Below are positions 23,842 to 35,247 of a stretch of DNA of 35,506 bases, piece by piece (position 1 is the first letter of the stretch; each line of letters starts with the position of its first letter). A program made the translations under genes and the position numbers. This DNA is from Candidatus Parabacteroides intestinavium (lineage in GTDB: Bacteria; Bacteroidota; Bacteroidia; Bacteroidales; Tannerellaceae). Below the pieces are notes generated by a model. It made no database searches. It was not told the DNA's origin and saw only the letters and a program-made list of their open reading frames with translations. The stretch spans positions 1 to 35,506 of the forward strand of contig DWYO01000326.1 in the NCBI GenBank assembly GCA_019118725.1, written 5' to 3'.

Positions 23842-26181
23842 ATGCAAAAAAATCTGGTAATAGTGGAATCTCCGGCGAAGGCGAAGACCATCGAGAAGTT
23901 TTTAGGCAAGGACTTTCATGTCTTGTCCAGTTATGGACATATCCGCGATTTGAATGCGAAAACGCTGAGTGTGGATGTCGAGCATGGGTATGCGCCGCAA
24001 TATGTGGTTCCGGCGGATAAAGAGAAGGTGGTTGAAACCCTGCAAGCCGAGGCCAAGTCTGCCGAGGTGATATGGCTCGCGTCCGATGAAGACCGCGAAG
24101 GAGAGGCCATATCGTGGCATTTGTATGAGGTGCTGGGGCTGAAGCCCGAAAACACGCGCCGTATCGTTTTCCACGAAATTACCAAGACGGCTATTTTGCA
24201 TGCTATCGAGACGCCTCGCGCGATAGATATGAATCTGGTGAACGCCCAACAAGCCCGCCGGGTGCTGGACCGCATCGTGGGGTTTGAGCTTTCGCCTATC
24301 CTTTGGAAAAAAGTGAGGCCTTCTTTGTCCGCCGGGCGTGTGCAATCGGTTGCGGTACGCCTGATTGTAGATCGGGAGCGCGCCATAAACGAGTTCGTGC
24401 CGGAGCCCTCGTTCCGGGTAATCGCCAATTTCATCTTGCCCGATGGAACCACAATACTGAAGGCCGAATTGGACCGGCGCTTGAAAAATAAGGAAGAGGT
24501 GTATGCGTTCTTGAAAGCGTGCCAATCGGCCACCTTCACCATCGAGAATATCACACGCAAGCCGACGCGGAGATCTCCGGCTCCTCCTTTTACCACTTCT
24601 ACCTTGCAACAGGAAGCCGCACTCAAGTTGGGGTATTCCGTTTCGCAGACCATGCGAATCGCGCAAATGCTTTATGAATCGGGATTGATAACCTATATGC
24701 GTACCGACTCGTTCAATTTGAGTGATTTGGCGTTGGGTACGGCCAAGGAAACCATTCTGAATACGTATGGCGAGAAGTATTACAAGTTCCGCCAATACCA
24801 TACCAAGAACAAGGGGGCGCAAGAGGCACATGAAGCCATCCGCCCGACCTATATCGCCAATGCGGAAATCAAGGGCACGGAGCAGGAAAAACGCTTGTAT
24901 AATCTGATCCGCAAGCGTACCATCGCTTGCCAGATGGCGGATGCAGAGCTGGAACGCACCACGATCTCGGTTTCTATCGGAGGAATGACCGAGAGGTTCG
25001 TAGCTTCGGGTGAGGTGGTCGTGTTTGATGGATTTCTGCAAGTGTACAAAGAGAGTACAGATGATGAAAACGAGAATGAAACGGAAAACAAGCTCCTTCC
25101 GCGTGTCAATCTGCATGAAGAACTACGGATGCAGGGGATCGTGGCTACCGAGCGCTTTACGCAACGTCCGGCCAGATACACAGAGGCCAGCTTGGTGCGC
25201 CAGCTGGAAAATTTGGGTATAGGCCGCCCTTCTACCTATGCGCCTACTATCCAGACCGTGTTGAACCGCGGGTATGTCGTAAAAGGGGATAAAGAGGGTA
25301 AAGAACGTACTTACGCCATCATCTCTTTATCTGGAGATACCATTCAGGAGAGTAGCAAGACGGAGATAATCGGGGCAGACCGCAATAAGTTGATGCCTAC
25401 GGATATAGGTATCGTGGTCAATGATTTCCTGATGGAGTATTTCCAATTGGTGATGGATTACAACTTTACGGCTAATGTGGAAAAGGAACTGGACGCGATA
25501 GCCGAGGGAGAAGAGGACTGGACTAAAGTCATCGATGGTTTTTACAAGATATTCCATCCGACGGTCGAGGAGGCGATAGCCATCCATAAGGATCATAGGA
25601 TAGGCGAACGTATGCTGGGTAACGATCCTAAGAGCGGGAAGCCGGTGTTCGTGAAGATCGGGCGTTTCGGACCGATGGCGCAAATTGGTGATTCGAAGAC
25701 CGATAAGGAGGAGAAGCCTCAATTCGCGACCTTGATGAAAGGACAATCTATCGAGACCATAACTTTGGACGAGGCCTTGAAACTCTTCGAGTTACCCCGC
25801 ACTTTGGGCGAATTTGAGGGAAAGACGGTGGTGGTTGGCGTTGGTCGTTTCGGGCCATTTATCCGTCATGATGGCAAGTTCGTTTCCATTCCCAAGACCT
25901 TGAATCCGCTTTCTATTTCTTTGGACGAGGCCGTCACGCTGATTCAGGAAAAGCGTACCCAAGAGGAACAACGGCATATCAAGACTTTTGAAGAAGAACC
26001 GGAATTGGAAATCCTGAATGGACGCTTCGGGCCTTATATCGCGTATAAAGGCAAAAACTACAAAATACCGAAGAGTGGGTATACTCCGACCGAAATGACC
26101 TTGGAGGAATGCCTGGCATTGGTCAAGGAGGCAGAGGGTAAACCGGCCACGAAAAGGCGGGTCGTAAGGAAGAAGAAATAG
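23842..26181 (+). CDS. topA: DNA topoisomerase I (type IA) with C-terminal repeats
   Basis: NLVIVESPAKAKTI, ASDEDREGEAI, SAGRVQS, ITYMRTDS, GIGRPSTYA, GRFGP repeats; ATG 23842 preferred. Confidence 0.97.
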   Translation: MQKNLVIVESPAKAKTIEKFLGKDFHVLSSYGHIRDLNAKTLSVDVEHGYAPQYVVPADKEKVVETLQAEAKSAEVIWLASDEDREGEAISWHLYEVLGLKPENTRRIVFHEITKTAILHAIETPRAIDMNLVNAQQARRVLDRIVGFELSPILWKKVRPSLSAGRVQSVAVRLIVDRERAINEFVPEPSFRVIANFILPDGTTILKAELDRRLKNKEEVYAFLKACQSATFTIENITRKPTRRSPAPPFTTSTLQQEAALKLGYSVSQTMRIAQMLYESGLITYMRTDSFNLSDLALGTAKETILNTYGEKYYKFRQYHTKNKGAQEAHEAIRPTYIANAEIKGTEQEKRLYNLIRKRTIACQMADAELERTTISVSIGGMTERFVASGEVVVFDGFLQVYKESTDDENENETENKLLPRVNLHEELRMQGIVATERFTQRPARYTEASLVRQLENLGIGRPSTYAPTIQTVLNRGYVVKGDKEGKERTYAIISLSGDTIQESSKTEIIGADRNKLMPTDIGIVVNDFLMEYFQLVMDYNFTANVEKELDAIAEGEEDWTKVIDGFYKIFHPTVEEAIAIHKDHRIGERMLGNDPKSGKPVFVKIGRFGPMAQIGDSKTDKEEKPQFATLMKGQSIETITLDEALKLFELPRTLGEFEGKTVVVGVGRFGPFIRHDGKFVSIPKTLNPLSISLDEAVTLIQEKRTQEEQRHIKTFEEEPELEILNGRFGPYIAYKGKNYKIPKSGYTPTEMTLEECLALVKEAEGKPATKRRVVRKKK

Positions 26182-26239
26182 GTCCGTTCCCGGCTATTCG
26201 CTCCTGTTGATAACTTTTTCTTACTTTTTACCTATAAAT

Positions 26240-26272
26240 TTTGGATGGTAAAAAAGTAAATATGTAATTTTA
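26240..26272 (+). promoter_or_regulatory. Candidate dcw promoter
   Basis: TTTG (26240-26243)-N21-TAATTTTA, one mismatch from TAnnTTTG. Confidence 0.45.
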
Positions 26273-26353
26273 CAATCTCAAAGAGCAGAGCTTTGCGAAT
26301 CAAAGCAGTACGCCGTTTAGAGAAAGTAATGGTTTAAAACAAATAGGAGTAAA

Positions 26354-27271
26354 ATGGAACAACAGGAGCTATCTTATCACGTGCCGGTCTTATTACACGA
26401 ATGTATCGAAGGAATGCAGGTCTGCCCGGATGGGATTTATGTGGATGTTACCTTTGGAGGGGGTGGACATTCACGTGAGATTCTGCGCAGATTGGGAGCG
26501 GGTGGCCGGTTGTTCGGATTCGATCAGGATGCCGATGCGGAACGGAATATTCCCGAGGATCCCCATTTTACTTTCGTAAGAAGCAATTTCCGTTATCTTT
26601 ATAACTTCATGCGCTATCACCATGTGGATGGCATGGTGGATGGCTTGTTGGCCGATTTAGGCGTATCTTCCCATCATTTTGACGATAAAGAACGCGGCTT
26701 TTCTTTCCGTTTTGAGGGCATGCTGGATATGCGCATGAACACCCGTGCCGGAATGACCGCGGCTGATGTACTAAACACCTACTCGGAAGAGGCTTTGGCG
26801 GATGTCTTTTATTTGTATGGCGAATTGAAAACGGCCCGAAGACTGGCCGCAGAGATTGGCAAGAAGCGTGCGGAGAAGCCGTTTGAACGTATTGCGGATT
26901 TGCTGGAGACCGTGAAGCCTTTCATCGGGAAAGATAAGGAGAAAAAAGTGCTGGCTCAGGCATTCCAAGCGTTGCGTATTGAAGTGAATGATGAAATGCG
27001 CGCGTTGAGAGAGATGTTGCAGGGAGCCTTGCGCGTATTGAAGCCCGGAGGACGCCTCGTGGTGATAACTTACCATTCTTTAGAAGACCGTTTGGTGAAG
27101 AATTTCTTGAAAACAGGCAATTTTGAGGGAAAGGCGGAACAGGACTTTTTCGGAAATGTGCAATCGCCTTTCCGTTTGGTCAATAATAAGGTGATTGTCC
27201 CTTCGGACGAGGAAATTGAACGGAATCCACGCTCGCGGAGTGCCAAGTTGAGAATCGCAGAAAAAAGATAG
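26354..27271 (+). CDS. rsmH: 16S rRNA m4C1402 methyltransferase
   Basis: HVPVLL, DVTFGGGGHS, DLGVSS, FQALRIEVN, YHSLEDR, NPRSRSAKLR. Confidence 0.97.
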   Translation: MEQQELSYHVPVLLHECIEGMQVCPDGIYVDVTFGGGGHSREILRRLGAGGRLFGFDQDADAERNIPEDPHFTFVRSNFRYLYNFMRYHHVDGMVDGLLADLGVSSHHFDDKERGFSFRFEGMLDMRMNTRAGMTAADVLNTYSEEALADVFYLYGELKTARRLAAEIGKKRAEKPFERIADLLETVKPFIGKDKEKKVLAQAFQALRIEVNDEMRALREMLQGALRVLKPGGRLVVITYHSLEDRLVKNFLKTGNFEGKAEQDFFGNVQSPFRLVNNKVIVPSDEEIERNPRSRSAKLRIAEKR

Positions 27272-27274
27272 GAT

Positions 27275-27631
27275 ATGGAAGAGCAAGAACGGCAAAATAA
27301 CCAGTCCGGAAAGAAGAAAAGACATTTCTCCTTTCTGTATGTGTTGGGCGGAGGAATCCTGAAAGAGGATTTTATCGTCCGGCATACGCGTATGATTGTG
27401 CTGGTAGTTATCTTGATATTCTTTTTTATCGGGAACCGCTATACCTGTTTGCAGAAATTGCGTGAGATAGATCGGTTACAACAACAATTGCGTGATGTCC
27501 GCTTTGAGGCATTGTCTATTTCTTCGGAATTGACCGGACATAGCCGTCAATCGCAGATAGAAATGCTGATAGAAGAGCAAGGAATTGATCTGGAAGGAGC
27601 CAAGACTCCTCCCTACGAATTGGAGAAATGA
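27275..27631 (+). CDS. ftsL: FtsL-like cell division protein
   Basis: Single TM segment plus leucine-zipper-like helix, located between rsmH and ftsI. Confidence 0.8.
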   Translation: MEEQERQNNQSGKKKRHFSFLYVLGGGILKEDFIVRHTRMIVLVVILIFFFIGNRYTCLQKLREIDRLQQQLRDVRFEALSISSELTGHSRQSQIEMLIEEQGIDLEGAKTPPYELEK

Positions 27632-27632
27632 A

Positions 27633-29804
27633 ATGGCAACAGAGAATAATAACATAGAGAACAATGAGGTGAAAAACGGGCACATCTTCATGTGTTACCT
27701 GTTAATCGTGCTCCTATTATCGATTCTGGCGGCCTTGATCGTAGTCAAAGCCTGCACAATTGCCTTTGTTGAGAAAGATAAGTGGGAGAAACTGGCTGGT
27801 ACTTTAGAGCGGCCGGATCATCGTATCTTGCCCAGCCGGGGAAATATCTATTCGTATGACATGAAACTGATGGCTACGAGTGTGCCGCGTTATTATACAT
27901 ACATGGATTTCAAGGCGGATGGATTTATGCTGGATACGTTCCTCTATTCCAAGCGGAACGGAGTAGACTCGCTGTCCATTTATTTGTCCCGTAAGTTCCG
28001 TGACCGTACACCGGCGGGGTATAAGGCCCATTTATTGAGAGGACTGAAGTCGAAGAGCCGTCAGTATCCGGTTTGTGAGGGGCGTGTCTCTTATTCCGAT
28101 TTGAAGGACATGAAGAAATTCTCTTTCTTGAGATTGAATCGTTTTAAAAGCGGGTTCTATACCAAGCAGATGGTACAACGTGAAAAGCCTTTCGGTTCAT
28201 TGGCTTCCCGAACAATCGGAGATATTTATGGTGAAATCGATACCTCGGGCGTGACGAAAGGAAAGAACGGATTGGAGTTGCAATATGACTCTTTGCTCCG
28301 AGGTGAACCCGGAATCAGTTCGGTACGTCGTATAGGAGGGCGTTGGACGAATGTGACGGAGAAAGAACCGGTAGAGGGTATGGATATTCGTTCTACTATT
28401 GATATTGATATCCAAGACATCACGGAGAAATCCTTATTGGATATGTTGAAGAAGATAGATGCCGCGTCGGGAACGGCTATTGTGATGGAAGTGGCTACCG
28501 GTGAAGTGAAGGCAATAACCAATTTAGGCCGAATCCGGGAGGGGGTCTATGGGGAAACCATGAATCATGCGGTAGCCGATGAGATAGAACCCGGTTCAAC
28601 GTTTAAAGTCGCTTCTATCATGGTCGCTTTGGAGGATGGCGTTTGCCAACCGACCGATACGGTGGATGTGGGGAACGGTATATATATGTATAAAGGTTCG
28701 CGTATGACCGACCATAATATGAATAAGGGGGGCTACGGGAAAATATCCGTAGAGCAGGCAATCTGGTACTCTTCGAACATCGGTGTGGCAAAAACGATCT
28801 TGAAAGGGTATGAGAACAACCCGACCAAGTTTGTGGAAGGTTTGTATCGGATCGGAATGAACGCCGATTTGCATATAGAGATTCCCGGTGCCGGAAGAGC
28901 TAAGATACGCCGGCCGGATGATACGACCCGGTATTGGTCCAAGACGACTTTGCCCTGGATGTCATTTGGATATGAAACGCAGATTCCTCCTATCTCAACG
29001 TTGGCGTTCTATAATGCCATCGCCAATAAGGGAAAAATGGTGCGTCCTTATTTCGTCAAGGAGATTTTGCATCGGGGAAAAACAATACGGACGTTCTCAC
29101 CGGAGGTCTTGAAACCGGCTATTTGTTCGGAACAGACGTTGCATATCATCCAAGATATGCTATTGGGAGTGGTTGAGCAAGGAACCGGTAAGGCGGTCCA
29201 TTCGGATATTATCCGGATAGCTGGAAAGACCGGTACGGCACAGATCGCTTCCGGTGGTGTCTATCGGCGGGCCGGACATCAAGTCGCTTTTGCGGGATAT
29301 TTTCCGGCTGATAATCCTATGTACAGTTGTATTGTCGTTATCCGCCAGCCCAGAATTGGCTATCCTTCGGGGGGAACCATGTCGGGAGGTGTAGTAAAGG
29401 CTATTGCCGAGAAGATTTATTCGAGCCATATTGCGATTCCGGTAGACGAAATGCTTCCGGACTCGACCGCGGTTTATTTGCCGATGGCCAAGGCCGGTGA
29501 AAAACAGGCGGTAGAGCATGTGTTGGATAAACTGGATATTCCGTTGGATGCCGATAGCGCGAAAACGCAATGGGTCCGGGTTAATCGGGAATTGGAAAAG
29601 AATAAGATTGAATTACAAGATATACGAATCATACAAGGACTGGTTCCTTCTGTGTATGGGATGGGAGCCAAAGATGCCGTTTACCTGCTGGAAAGCGCGG
29701 GATTGCGGGTCACCTTGTCGGGGGCAGGTCGCGTAACGGCTCAAAGCATTAAACCCGGTACTCGTGTATCCAAAGGACAAACTATATTATTAACGTTGAA
29801 ATGA
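27633..29804 (+). CDS. ftsI: Class B penicillin-binding protein with C-terminal PASTA domain
   Basis: RGNIY, GLE, EPGSTFK (SxxK), SSN, KTGTAQ; ATG 27633 preferred. Confidence 0.93.
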   Translation: MATENNNIENNEVKNGHIFMCYLLIVLLLSILAALIVVKACTIAFVEKDKWEKLAGTLERPDHRILPSRGNIYSYDMKLMATSVPRYYTYMDFKADGFMLDTFLYSKRNGVDSLSIYLSRKFRDRTPAGYKAHLLRGLKSKSRQYPVCEGRVSYSDLKDMKKFSFLRLNRFKSGFYTKQMVQREKPFGSLASRTIGDIYGEIDTSGVTKGKNGLELQYDSLLRGEPGISSVRRIGGRWTNVTEKEPVEGMDIRSTIDIDIQDITEKSLLDMLKKIDAASGTAIVMEVATGEVKAITNLGRIREGVYGETMNHAVADEIEPGSTFKVASIMVALEDGVCQPTDTVDVGNGIYMYKGSRMTDHNMNKGGYGKISVEQAIWYSSNIGVAKTILKGYENNPTKFVEGLYRIGMNADLHIEIPGAGRAKIRRPDDTTRYWSKTTLPWMSFGYETQIPPISTLAFYNAIANKGKMVRPYFVKEILHRGKTIRTFSPEVLKPAICSEQTLHIIQDMLLGVVEQGTGKAVHSDIIRIAGKTGTAQIASGGVYRRAGHQVAFAGYFPADNPMYSCIVVIRQPRIGYPSGGTMSGGVVKAIAEKIYSSHIAIPVDEMLPDSTAVYLPMAKAGEKQAVEHVLDKLDIPLDADSAKTQWVRVNRELEKNKIELQDIRIIQGLVPSVYGMGAKDAVYLLESAGLRVTLSGAGRVTAQSIKPGTRVSKGQTILLTLK

Positions 29805-31288
29805 AGATGAATTTACAGCAACTAATTCAGGTGTTGGATAAGCCGGAAATTAAGGGGAGCACCGTAATGGATATTTCCGGTATTCAGTCTGATTCCCGTA
29901 AGGTAGAGGCGGGATTTCTATTTGTTGCGGTTCGCGGGACGATTGTAGATGGCCACTCTTTTATGGCAAATGCTATAGAGAAAGGGGCTGTAGCGATTGT
30001 TTGTGAGGAGATACCGGAAGGCTTCGAAGGCCAATGTACATTTGTACGGGTCAAAGATTCGGCTTGGGCTTTGGGTAAGCTTATCTCACAATGGTATGAC
30101 AATCCGTCGGACAAACTGGTATTGGTCGGTGTTACGGGAACAAACGGCAAGACCACAATTGCTACATTATTATATAATATGTTCCGGAAGATGGGACATA
30201 AAGTGGGATTGATTTCAACGGTATGCAATTATATTGATGACGAGGCGGTTCCTACCGAACATACTACTCCAGATCCGTTGACGCTTCATTCGTTAATGGC
30301 CCGGATGGTGGAGGCGGGTTGTGAATATGCCTTTATGGAAGTGAGTTCGCATTCCATAGACCAAAAACGTATCAGCGGGCTCTCTTTCAACGGGGGGATT
30401 TTTACCAATCTGACACGCGACCATTTGGATTATCATAAAACCGTAGAGAATTACTTAAAAGCGAAGAAGAAATTTTTTGACGACCTGCCTGCTTCAGCCT
30501 TTGCTTTGACCAACCTGGATGATAAATCCGGCATGGTGATGCTCCAAAATACGAAGGCCAAGAAACTGACTTACTCGTTACGGACGTTGGCGGATTTCAA
30601 AGGAAAGATATTGGAATCTCATTTTGACGGGACCGAAATGTTGATAAATAATAGAGAGGTGTCAGTCCGGTTTGTCGGACGTTTTAATGCTTATAACCTG
30701 TTGGCGGTTTACGGTGCGGCGGTAACTTTAGGCAAAGATCCGGAAGAGGTGTTGGTTATATTGAGTACCTTGCATCCGGTGGCGGGACGTTTCGAGACAA
30801 TCCGTTCACCTAAGGGCTTTACGGTTATTGTCGATTATGCACATACTCCGGATGCCTTGACGAATGTATTGAATGGAATACATGAGGTGCTGGACGGAAA
30901 TGGAAGAGTCATCACGGTAGTAGGGTGCGGAGGAAACCGGGATAAGGGGAAACGTCCTATGATGGCCAAAGAGGCGGTAAGGTTGAGCGATCAAGTCATC
31001 CTGACTTCTGATAATCCGCGTTTCGAGGAACCGGAGGCCATTATAGAAGATATGGTAGCCGGGCTTTCAACGGCAGATAAGGAGACTGCCTTATGCATTA
31101 CAGATCGGAAACAAGCTATCAAGACTGCTATAGCCTTGGCTCAAAAAGGAGATGTCATCTTAGTAGCCGGGAAAGGGCATGAAGACTATCAAGAAATAAA
31201 AGGCGTAAAGCATCATTTCGATGATAGAGAAATCGTAAGGCAATTGATAGGGAATAAAGAAACAGGCCGGCAAGAGAACTTGGTATAA
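29801..31288 (+). CDS. murE: UDP-MurNAc-Ala-Glu:meso-DAP ligase
   Basis: [38 protein letters not shown] (DAP-specific), AGKGHE. Confidence 0.97.
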   Translation: MKMNLQQLIQVLDKPEIKGSTVMDISGIQSDSRKVEAGFLFVAVRGTIVDGHSFMANAIEKGAVAIVCEEIPEGFEGQCTFVRVKDSAWALGKLISQWYDNPSDKLVLVGVTGTNGKTTIATLLYNMFRKMGHKVGLISTVCNYIDDEAVPTEHTTPDPLTLHSLMARMVEAGCEYAFMEVSSHSIDQKRISGLSFNGGIFTNLTRDHLDYHKTVENYLKAKKKFFDDLPASAFALTNLDDKSGMVMLQNTKAKKLTYSLRTLADFKGKILESHFDGTEMLINNREVSVRFVGRFNAYNLLAVYGAAVTLGKDPEEVLVILSTLHPVAGRFETIRSPKGFTVIVDYAHTPDALTNVLNGIHEVLDGNGRVITVVGCGGNRDKGKRPMMAKEAVRLSDQVILTSDNPRFEEPEAIIEDMVAGLSTADKETALCITDRKQAIKTAIALAQKGDVILVAGKGHEDYQEIKGVKHHFDDREIVRQLIGNKETGRQENLV

Positions 31289-31349
31289 GCGCATCAAAGA
31301 TCAAATAGGTTGATTGGTCAACTGGTAATTCAAAAACTTAAAAACGCAA

Positions 31350-32609
31350 ATGTTATATTATCTATTTAATTATTTGGATCAATTGGATTTCCCGGGAGCC
31401 GGTATGTTCAAATATGTGTCATTCCGTTCCGGATTAGCTTTGATATTGTCCTTGTTTATTTCAACGGCAATAGGGCGGCGGATTATTGATCGCTTGCAAT
31501 ATTTGCAGATTGGTGAGACCGTCCGGAATCTGGGCTTGGAAGGACAGATGAGCAAGAAAGGTACACCGACAATGGGGGGAATTATTATTATCATTGCCAT
31601 TTTGATTCCGACTTTATTGTGTGCCCGATTGGACAACATTTATCTGATCTTGATGATTATAACCACGGTCTGGCTCGGAGCATTGGGATTTGCTGATGAT
31701 TATATCAAGGTATTCCGAAAGAATAAGGAAGGTATGCATGGCAAATTCAAGATCATAGGACAGGTCGGTTTGGGGCTGATTGTCGGGTTGGTTTTGTTTT
31801 TGAGCCCTGACGTGGTAATTAGGGAGAATATGGAGGTCCGTCATGATAATGTAATCGAGGATGTCCGGTTCCACTCGGTTGAGCAGAAATCGACGAAAAC
31901 AACCATCCCTTTTGTCAAGAACAATAATTTTGATTATGCCAAATTGGTAGAATGGACCGGTGAGTATAAACAGGAAGCCGCATGGATCGTTTTTGTACTT
32001 ATGGTTATCTTCGTGGTTACTGCGGTTTCTAATGGCGCTAACCTGACCGATGGCCTGGACGGCTTGGCGGCAGGGTCATCTGCCATTATCGGTGTGGCGT
32101 TAGGCATTTTGGCGTATATGTCATCACACTTTGAATTTGCTTCATTCCTGAACATCATGTTTATTCCGGGAGCAGAAGAGTTGGTTGTGTTTGCTGCAGC
32201 CTTTATCGGAGCAACGGTTGGCTTTTTGTGGTATAATGCTTATCCGGCACAAGTGTTCATGGGCGATACCGGAAGTCTGACCTTGGGAGGTATCATTGCG
32301 GTATTCGCGATTATTATCCGTAAGGAATTGTTGATACCGATACTTTGCGGTATCTTTTTGGCCGAGAGTTTGTCGGTCATATTGCAGACCTGCTATTTTA
32401 AATATACCAAAAAGAAATATGGTGAGGGTAGACGGATATTTAAGATGGCTCCGTTGCATCATCATTTTCAGAAAGCAGGAAATGCGGGTATTCAGGCAGT
32501 AATCCAGAAGCCGCTCAATGTTGTGCCTGAATCGAAAATTGTAGTCCGTTTCTGGCTGATTGGTATCATATTGGCAGTTATAACGATTGTTACATTAAAG
32601 ATGAGATAA
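31350..32609 (+). CDS. mraY: Phospho-MurNAc-pentapeptide transferase
   Basis: [37 protein letters not shown]. Confidence 0.97.
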   Translation: MLYYLFNYLDQLDFPGAGMFKYVSFRSGLALILSLFISTAIGRRIIDRLQYLQIGETVRNLGLEGQMSKKGTPTMGGIIIIIAILIPTLLCARLDNIYLILMIITTVWLGALGFADDYIKVFRKNKEGMHGKFKIIGQVGLGLIVGLVLFLSPDVVIRENMEVRHDNVIEDVRFHSVEQKSTKTTIPFVKNNNFDYAKLVEWTGEYKQEAAWIVFVLMVIFVVTAVSNGANLTDGLDGLAAGSSAIIGVALGILAYMSSHFEFASFLNIMFIPGAEELVVFAAAFIGATVGFLWYNAYPAQVFMGDTGSLTLGGIIAVFAIIIRKELLIPILCGIFLAESLSVILQTCYFKYTKKKYGEGRRIFKMAPLHHHFQKAGNAGIQAVIQKPLNVVPESKIVVRFWLIGIILAVITIVTLKMR

Positions 32610-32610
32610 A

Positions 32611-33948
32611 ATGAGCAAAAGAATGGTTATATTAGGTGCCGGAGAAAGTGGCACAGGTGCAGCTGTCTTGGCCAAGAAAGTAGGATTCGATGTGTTCGTA
32701 TCGGATCTTTCGCAGATAAAGCCTAAATATAAAGATATGTTGAATGCTCGCGGAATCCGTTGGGAAGAGGGACATCATACGGAGACCGAGATCTTGAATG
32801 CGGATGAAGTGGTGAAGAGTCCGGGAATCCCGGATAAAGCTCCGATCATCCAAGAACTGAAGAAAAAAGGTATTCCCATTATTTCAGAGATAGAATTGGC
32901 TGGACGTTATACCGATGCCAAGATGATTTGTGTCACGGGGAGCAACGGGAAAACAACTACCACGTTGCTGACTCATCATATTCTGACCGAATCCGGCGTA
33001 GATGCAGGTTTGGCGGGGAATGTGGGAAATAGCCTGGCTTTGCAGGTCGCTGAGTCGCCTCATCCGGTTTATGTCATTGAACTCAGTAGTTTCCAGTTGG
33101 ATAATATGTATGATTTCAAGGCGGATATTGCCATTTTGTTGAATATCACCCCAGACCATTTGGATCGGTATAATTATGAAATGCAGAATTATGTGGATGC
33201 GAAATTCCGCATTATTCAGAACCAGACTTCGGAAGATGCCTTTATTTTCTGGAATGACGATCCTATCATTTCCCGCGAGATGGCTAAACGGCATCCGGGG
33301 GCAACTCTTTACCCTTTCGCTGAAGATCAGAAGGAGGGCATAAAGGCATATACAACAAACAAACAGATAGTGGTAAAATCAGATAACGGAACATTTACGA
33401 TGGATCAAGAATTATTAGCACTCACAGGGAAACATAATTTGTATAACTCTTTGGCTGCTACCATAGCGGCCAAGATCATGGACTTGCGCGATGAGAAGAT
33501 TCGTGCTTCCTTAATGAATTTCTCTGGGGTTGAGCACCGGTTGGAGAAGGTTGCTCGGGTTCGTGGTGTTGAGTATATTAATGATTCGAAAGCGACCAAT
33601 GTAAACTCATGCTGGTATGCGTTGCAATCGATGACTACACCGGTCGTTCTGATTTTGGGAGGGACCGATAAGGGAAATGATTACCGCGAAATAGAGGATT
33701 TGGTAAGGGAAAAAGTACATGCGTTGATTTTCCTGGGGGTGGACAACACGAAGTTGCATACTTTCTTTGATGGAAAAGTTCCTCAGATCAGCGATGCGCG
33801 TTCTATGGAAGAAGCCGTTAATCAGGCGTATAAGGTGGCCCATAAAGGGGATACGGTGTTGCTTTCGCCTTGTTGCGCCAGCTTCGACTTGTTCAAGTGT
33901 TATGAGGACCGGGGCGAACAGTTTAAGATTTGTGTACGTAATTTATAA
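32611..33948 (+). CDS. murD: UDP-MurNAc-Ala:D-Glu ligase
   Basis: GAGESG, SPGI, TGSNGKTTT, ELSSFQL, NDSKATN, LLSPCCASFD. Confidence 0.97.
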   Translation: MSKRMVILGAGESGTGAAVLAKKVGFDVFVSDLSQIKPKYKDMLNARGIRWEEGHHTETEILNADEVVKSPGIPDKAPIIQELKKKGIPIISEIELAGRYTDAKMICVTGSNGKTTTTLLTHHILTESGVDAGLAGNVGNSLALQVAESPHPVYVIELSSFQLDNMYDFKADIAILLNITPDHLDRYNYEMQNYVDAKFRIIQNQTSEDAFIFWNDDPIISREMAKRHPGATLYPFAEDQKEGIKAYTTNKQIVVKSDNGTFTMDQELLALTGKHNLYNSLAATIAAKIMDLRDEKIRASLMNFSGVEHRLEKVARVRGVEYINDSKATNVNSCWYALQSMTTPVVLILGGTDKGNDYREIEDLVREKVHALIFLGVDNTKLHTFFDGKVPQISDARSMEEAVNQAYKVAHKGDTVLLSPCCASFDLFKCYEDRGEQFKICVRNL

Positions 33949-33969
33949 ATAGCAGAAAGGAAAACGATT

Positions 33970-35247
33970 ATGGATTTGGCGAGTAAATTGTTTAAAGGCG
34001 ACCGCGTGATTTGGATCATCTTTATGTTCCTGTGCTTGATATCGGTGGTCGAGGTTTTTAGTGCTACAAGTACTATCGCTTATAAGAATGCGAATTATTG
34101 GGCGCCGATCATTCGCCATGCCACGTTCCTGGTAGTAGGCTTTTTCTTTGTCCTGATTATCCATAATTTGCCTATACGCTTTTCCGTCATATTGGGATTG
34201 TTGCTCCCGGTTGCCATATTTCTTTTGCTCATCACGCCCTTTATCGGGGTGGAGATTAATGGAGAGCGCCGCTGGTTGAATATATTGGGAATTACTTTCC
34301 AACCTTCCGAAATAGCCAAGCTTTGTTCGGTATGTTACATGGCATTGGTGCTGAGCCGGCGTAATGTGCTGACCAGTAAGCAGATGTTTTGGTATATATT
34401 GATAGGCGTCGGAATAACGTGCACTTGTATTTTGTATAATAATGGTTCGACGGCCATCTTGTTAGGCATGATCATGCTGATGATGATGTTTATTGGACAG
34501 GTGGGTGCCAAACGAATCTTGATAGTAATAGGTATAGGAATCTCGGCCATTCTTCTCGTTTGGAGTGTCTATAAGCTTGCTCCCGATACGGTTTCGAAAT
34601 TCCTTCCGCGTATCTATACATGGATTGCCCGGTTTGACCGGCATTCGGATAACGAACGTTTTGCAGAGGGAACGGAAGAAAAGACTTGGGTCTTGGATAT
34701 GGACGAGCATTATCAGGAGGATTTGGCGAAGATTGCCATTGCGCAAGGCGGAATTCTCGGGAAATTGCCCGGACATGGGCAGCAACGCGACTTCCTTCCT
34801 CAGGCCTATTCCGATTTTATTTATGCCATTATTATTGAAGAGACGGGACTGGCCGGAGGGTTCTTCGTATTGCTTCTCTATCTGACGCTCTTGATTCGTG
34901 TCGCCATGATAGCCCGAAGGTGCGAGAAGTTATTCCCTAAGTTCCTCATTCTGGGGTGCGGATTGATGCTGGTTACGCAGGCCTTGATTAATATGGCTGT
35001 AGCGGTTGGGGTATTCCCTGTGACAGGTCAGCCTTTACCTCTTATCAGCCGAGGTGGAACTTCTACGGTAATTAGTTGTTTCTATATCGGCATTATCTTA
35101 AGTGTGAGTCGTTTTGGAGCGAATATCGGAAATGAAGACGATTTGCTTCCGGAGGAGAAAGCAGAACCGAACGCAGGTGTTATAGGAGAAACTCCTTTGC
35201 AATCGGCTAATCTGGATCCGGCTCTTCAAGAATCTAAACCGATTTAA
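33970..35247 (+). CDS. ftsW: SEDS-family peptidoglycan glycosyltransferase FtsW
   Basis: RRWL, FQPSEIAK, LPQAYSDFIYAII.EE.G, PVTGQPLPLISRGGTS; follows murD. Confidence 0.95.
   Translation: MDLASKLFKGDRVIWIIFMFLCLISVVEVFSATSTIAYKNANYWAPIIRHATFLVVGFFFVLIIHNLPIRFSVILGLLLPVAIFLLLITPFIGVEINGERRWLNILGITFQPSEIAKLCSVCYMALVLSRRNVLTSKQMFWYILIGVGITCTCILYNNGSTAILLGMIMLMMMFIGQVGAKRILIVIGIGISAILLVWSVYKLAPDTVSKFLPRIYTWIARFDRHSDNERFAEGTEEKTWVLDMDEHYQEDLAKIAIAQGGILGKLPGHGQQRDFLPQAYSDFIYAIIIEETGLAGGFFVLLLYLTLLIRVAMIARRCEKLFPKFLILGCGLMLVTQALINMAVAVGVFPVTGQPLPLISRGGTSTVISCFYIGIILSVSRFGANIGNEDDLLPEEKAEPNAGVIGETPLQSANLDPALQESKPI

Noticed and set aside
23902-25116. 404-aa minus-strand ORF
   Set aside because: Antisense to topA, with no independent signals
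31289-31349. Absence of murF between murE and mraY
   Set aside because: Normal gene order for Bacteroidetes dcw clusters
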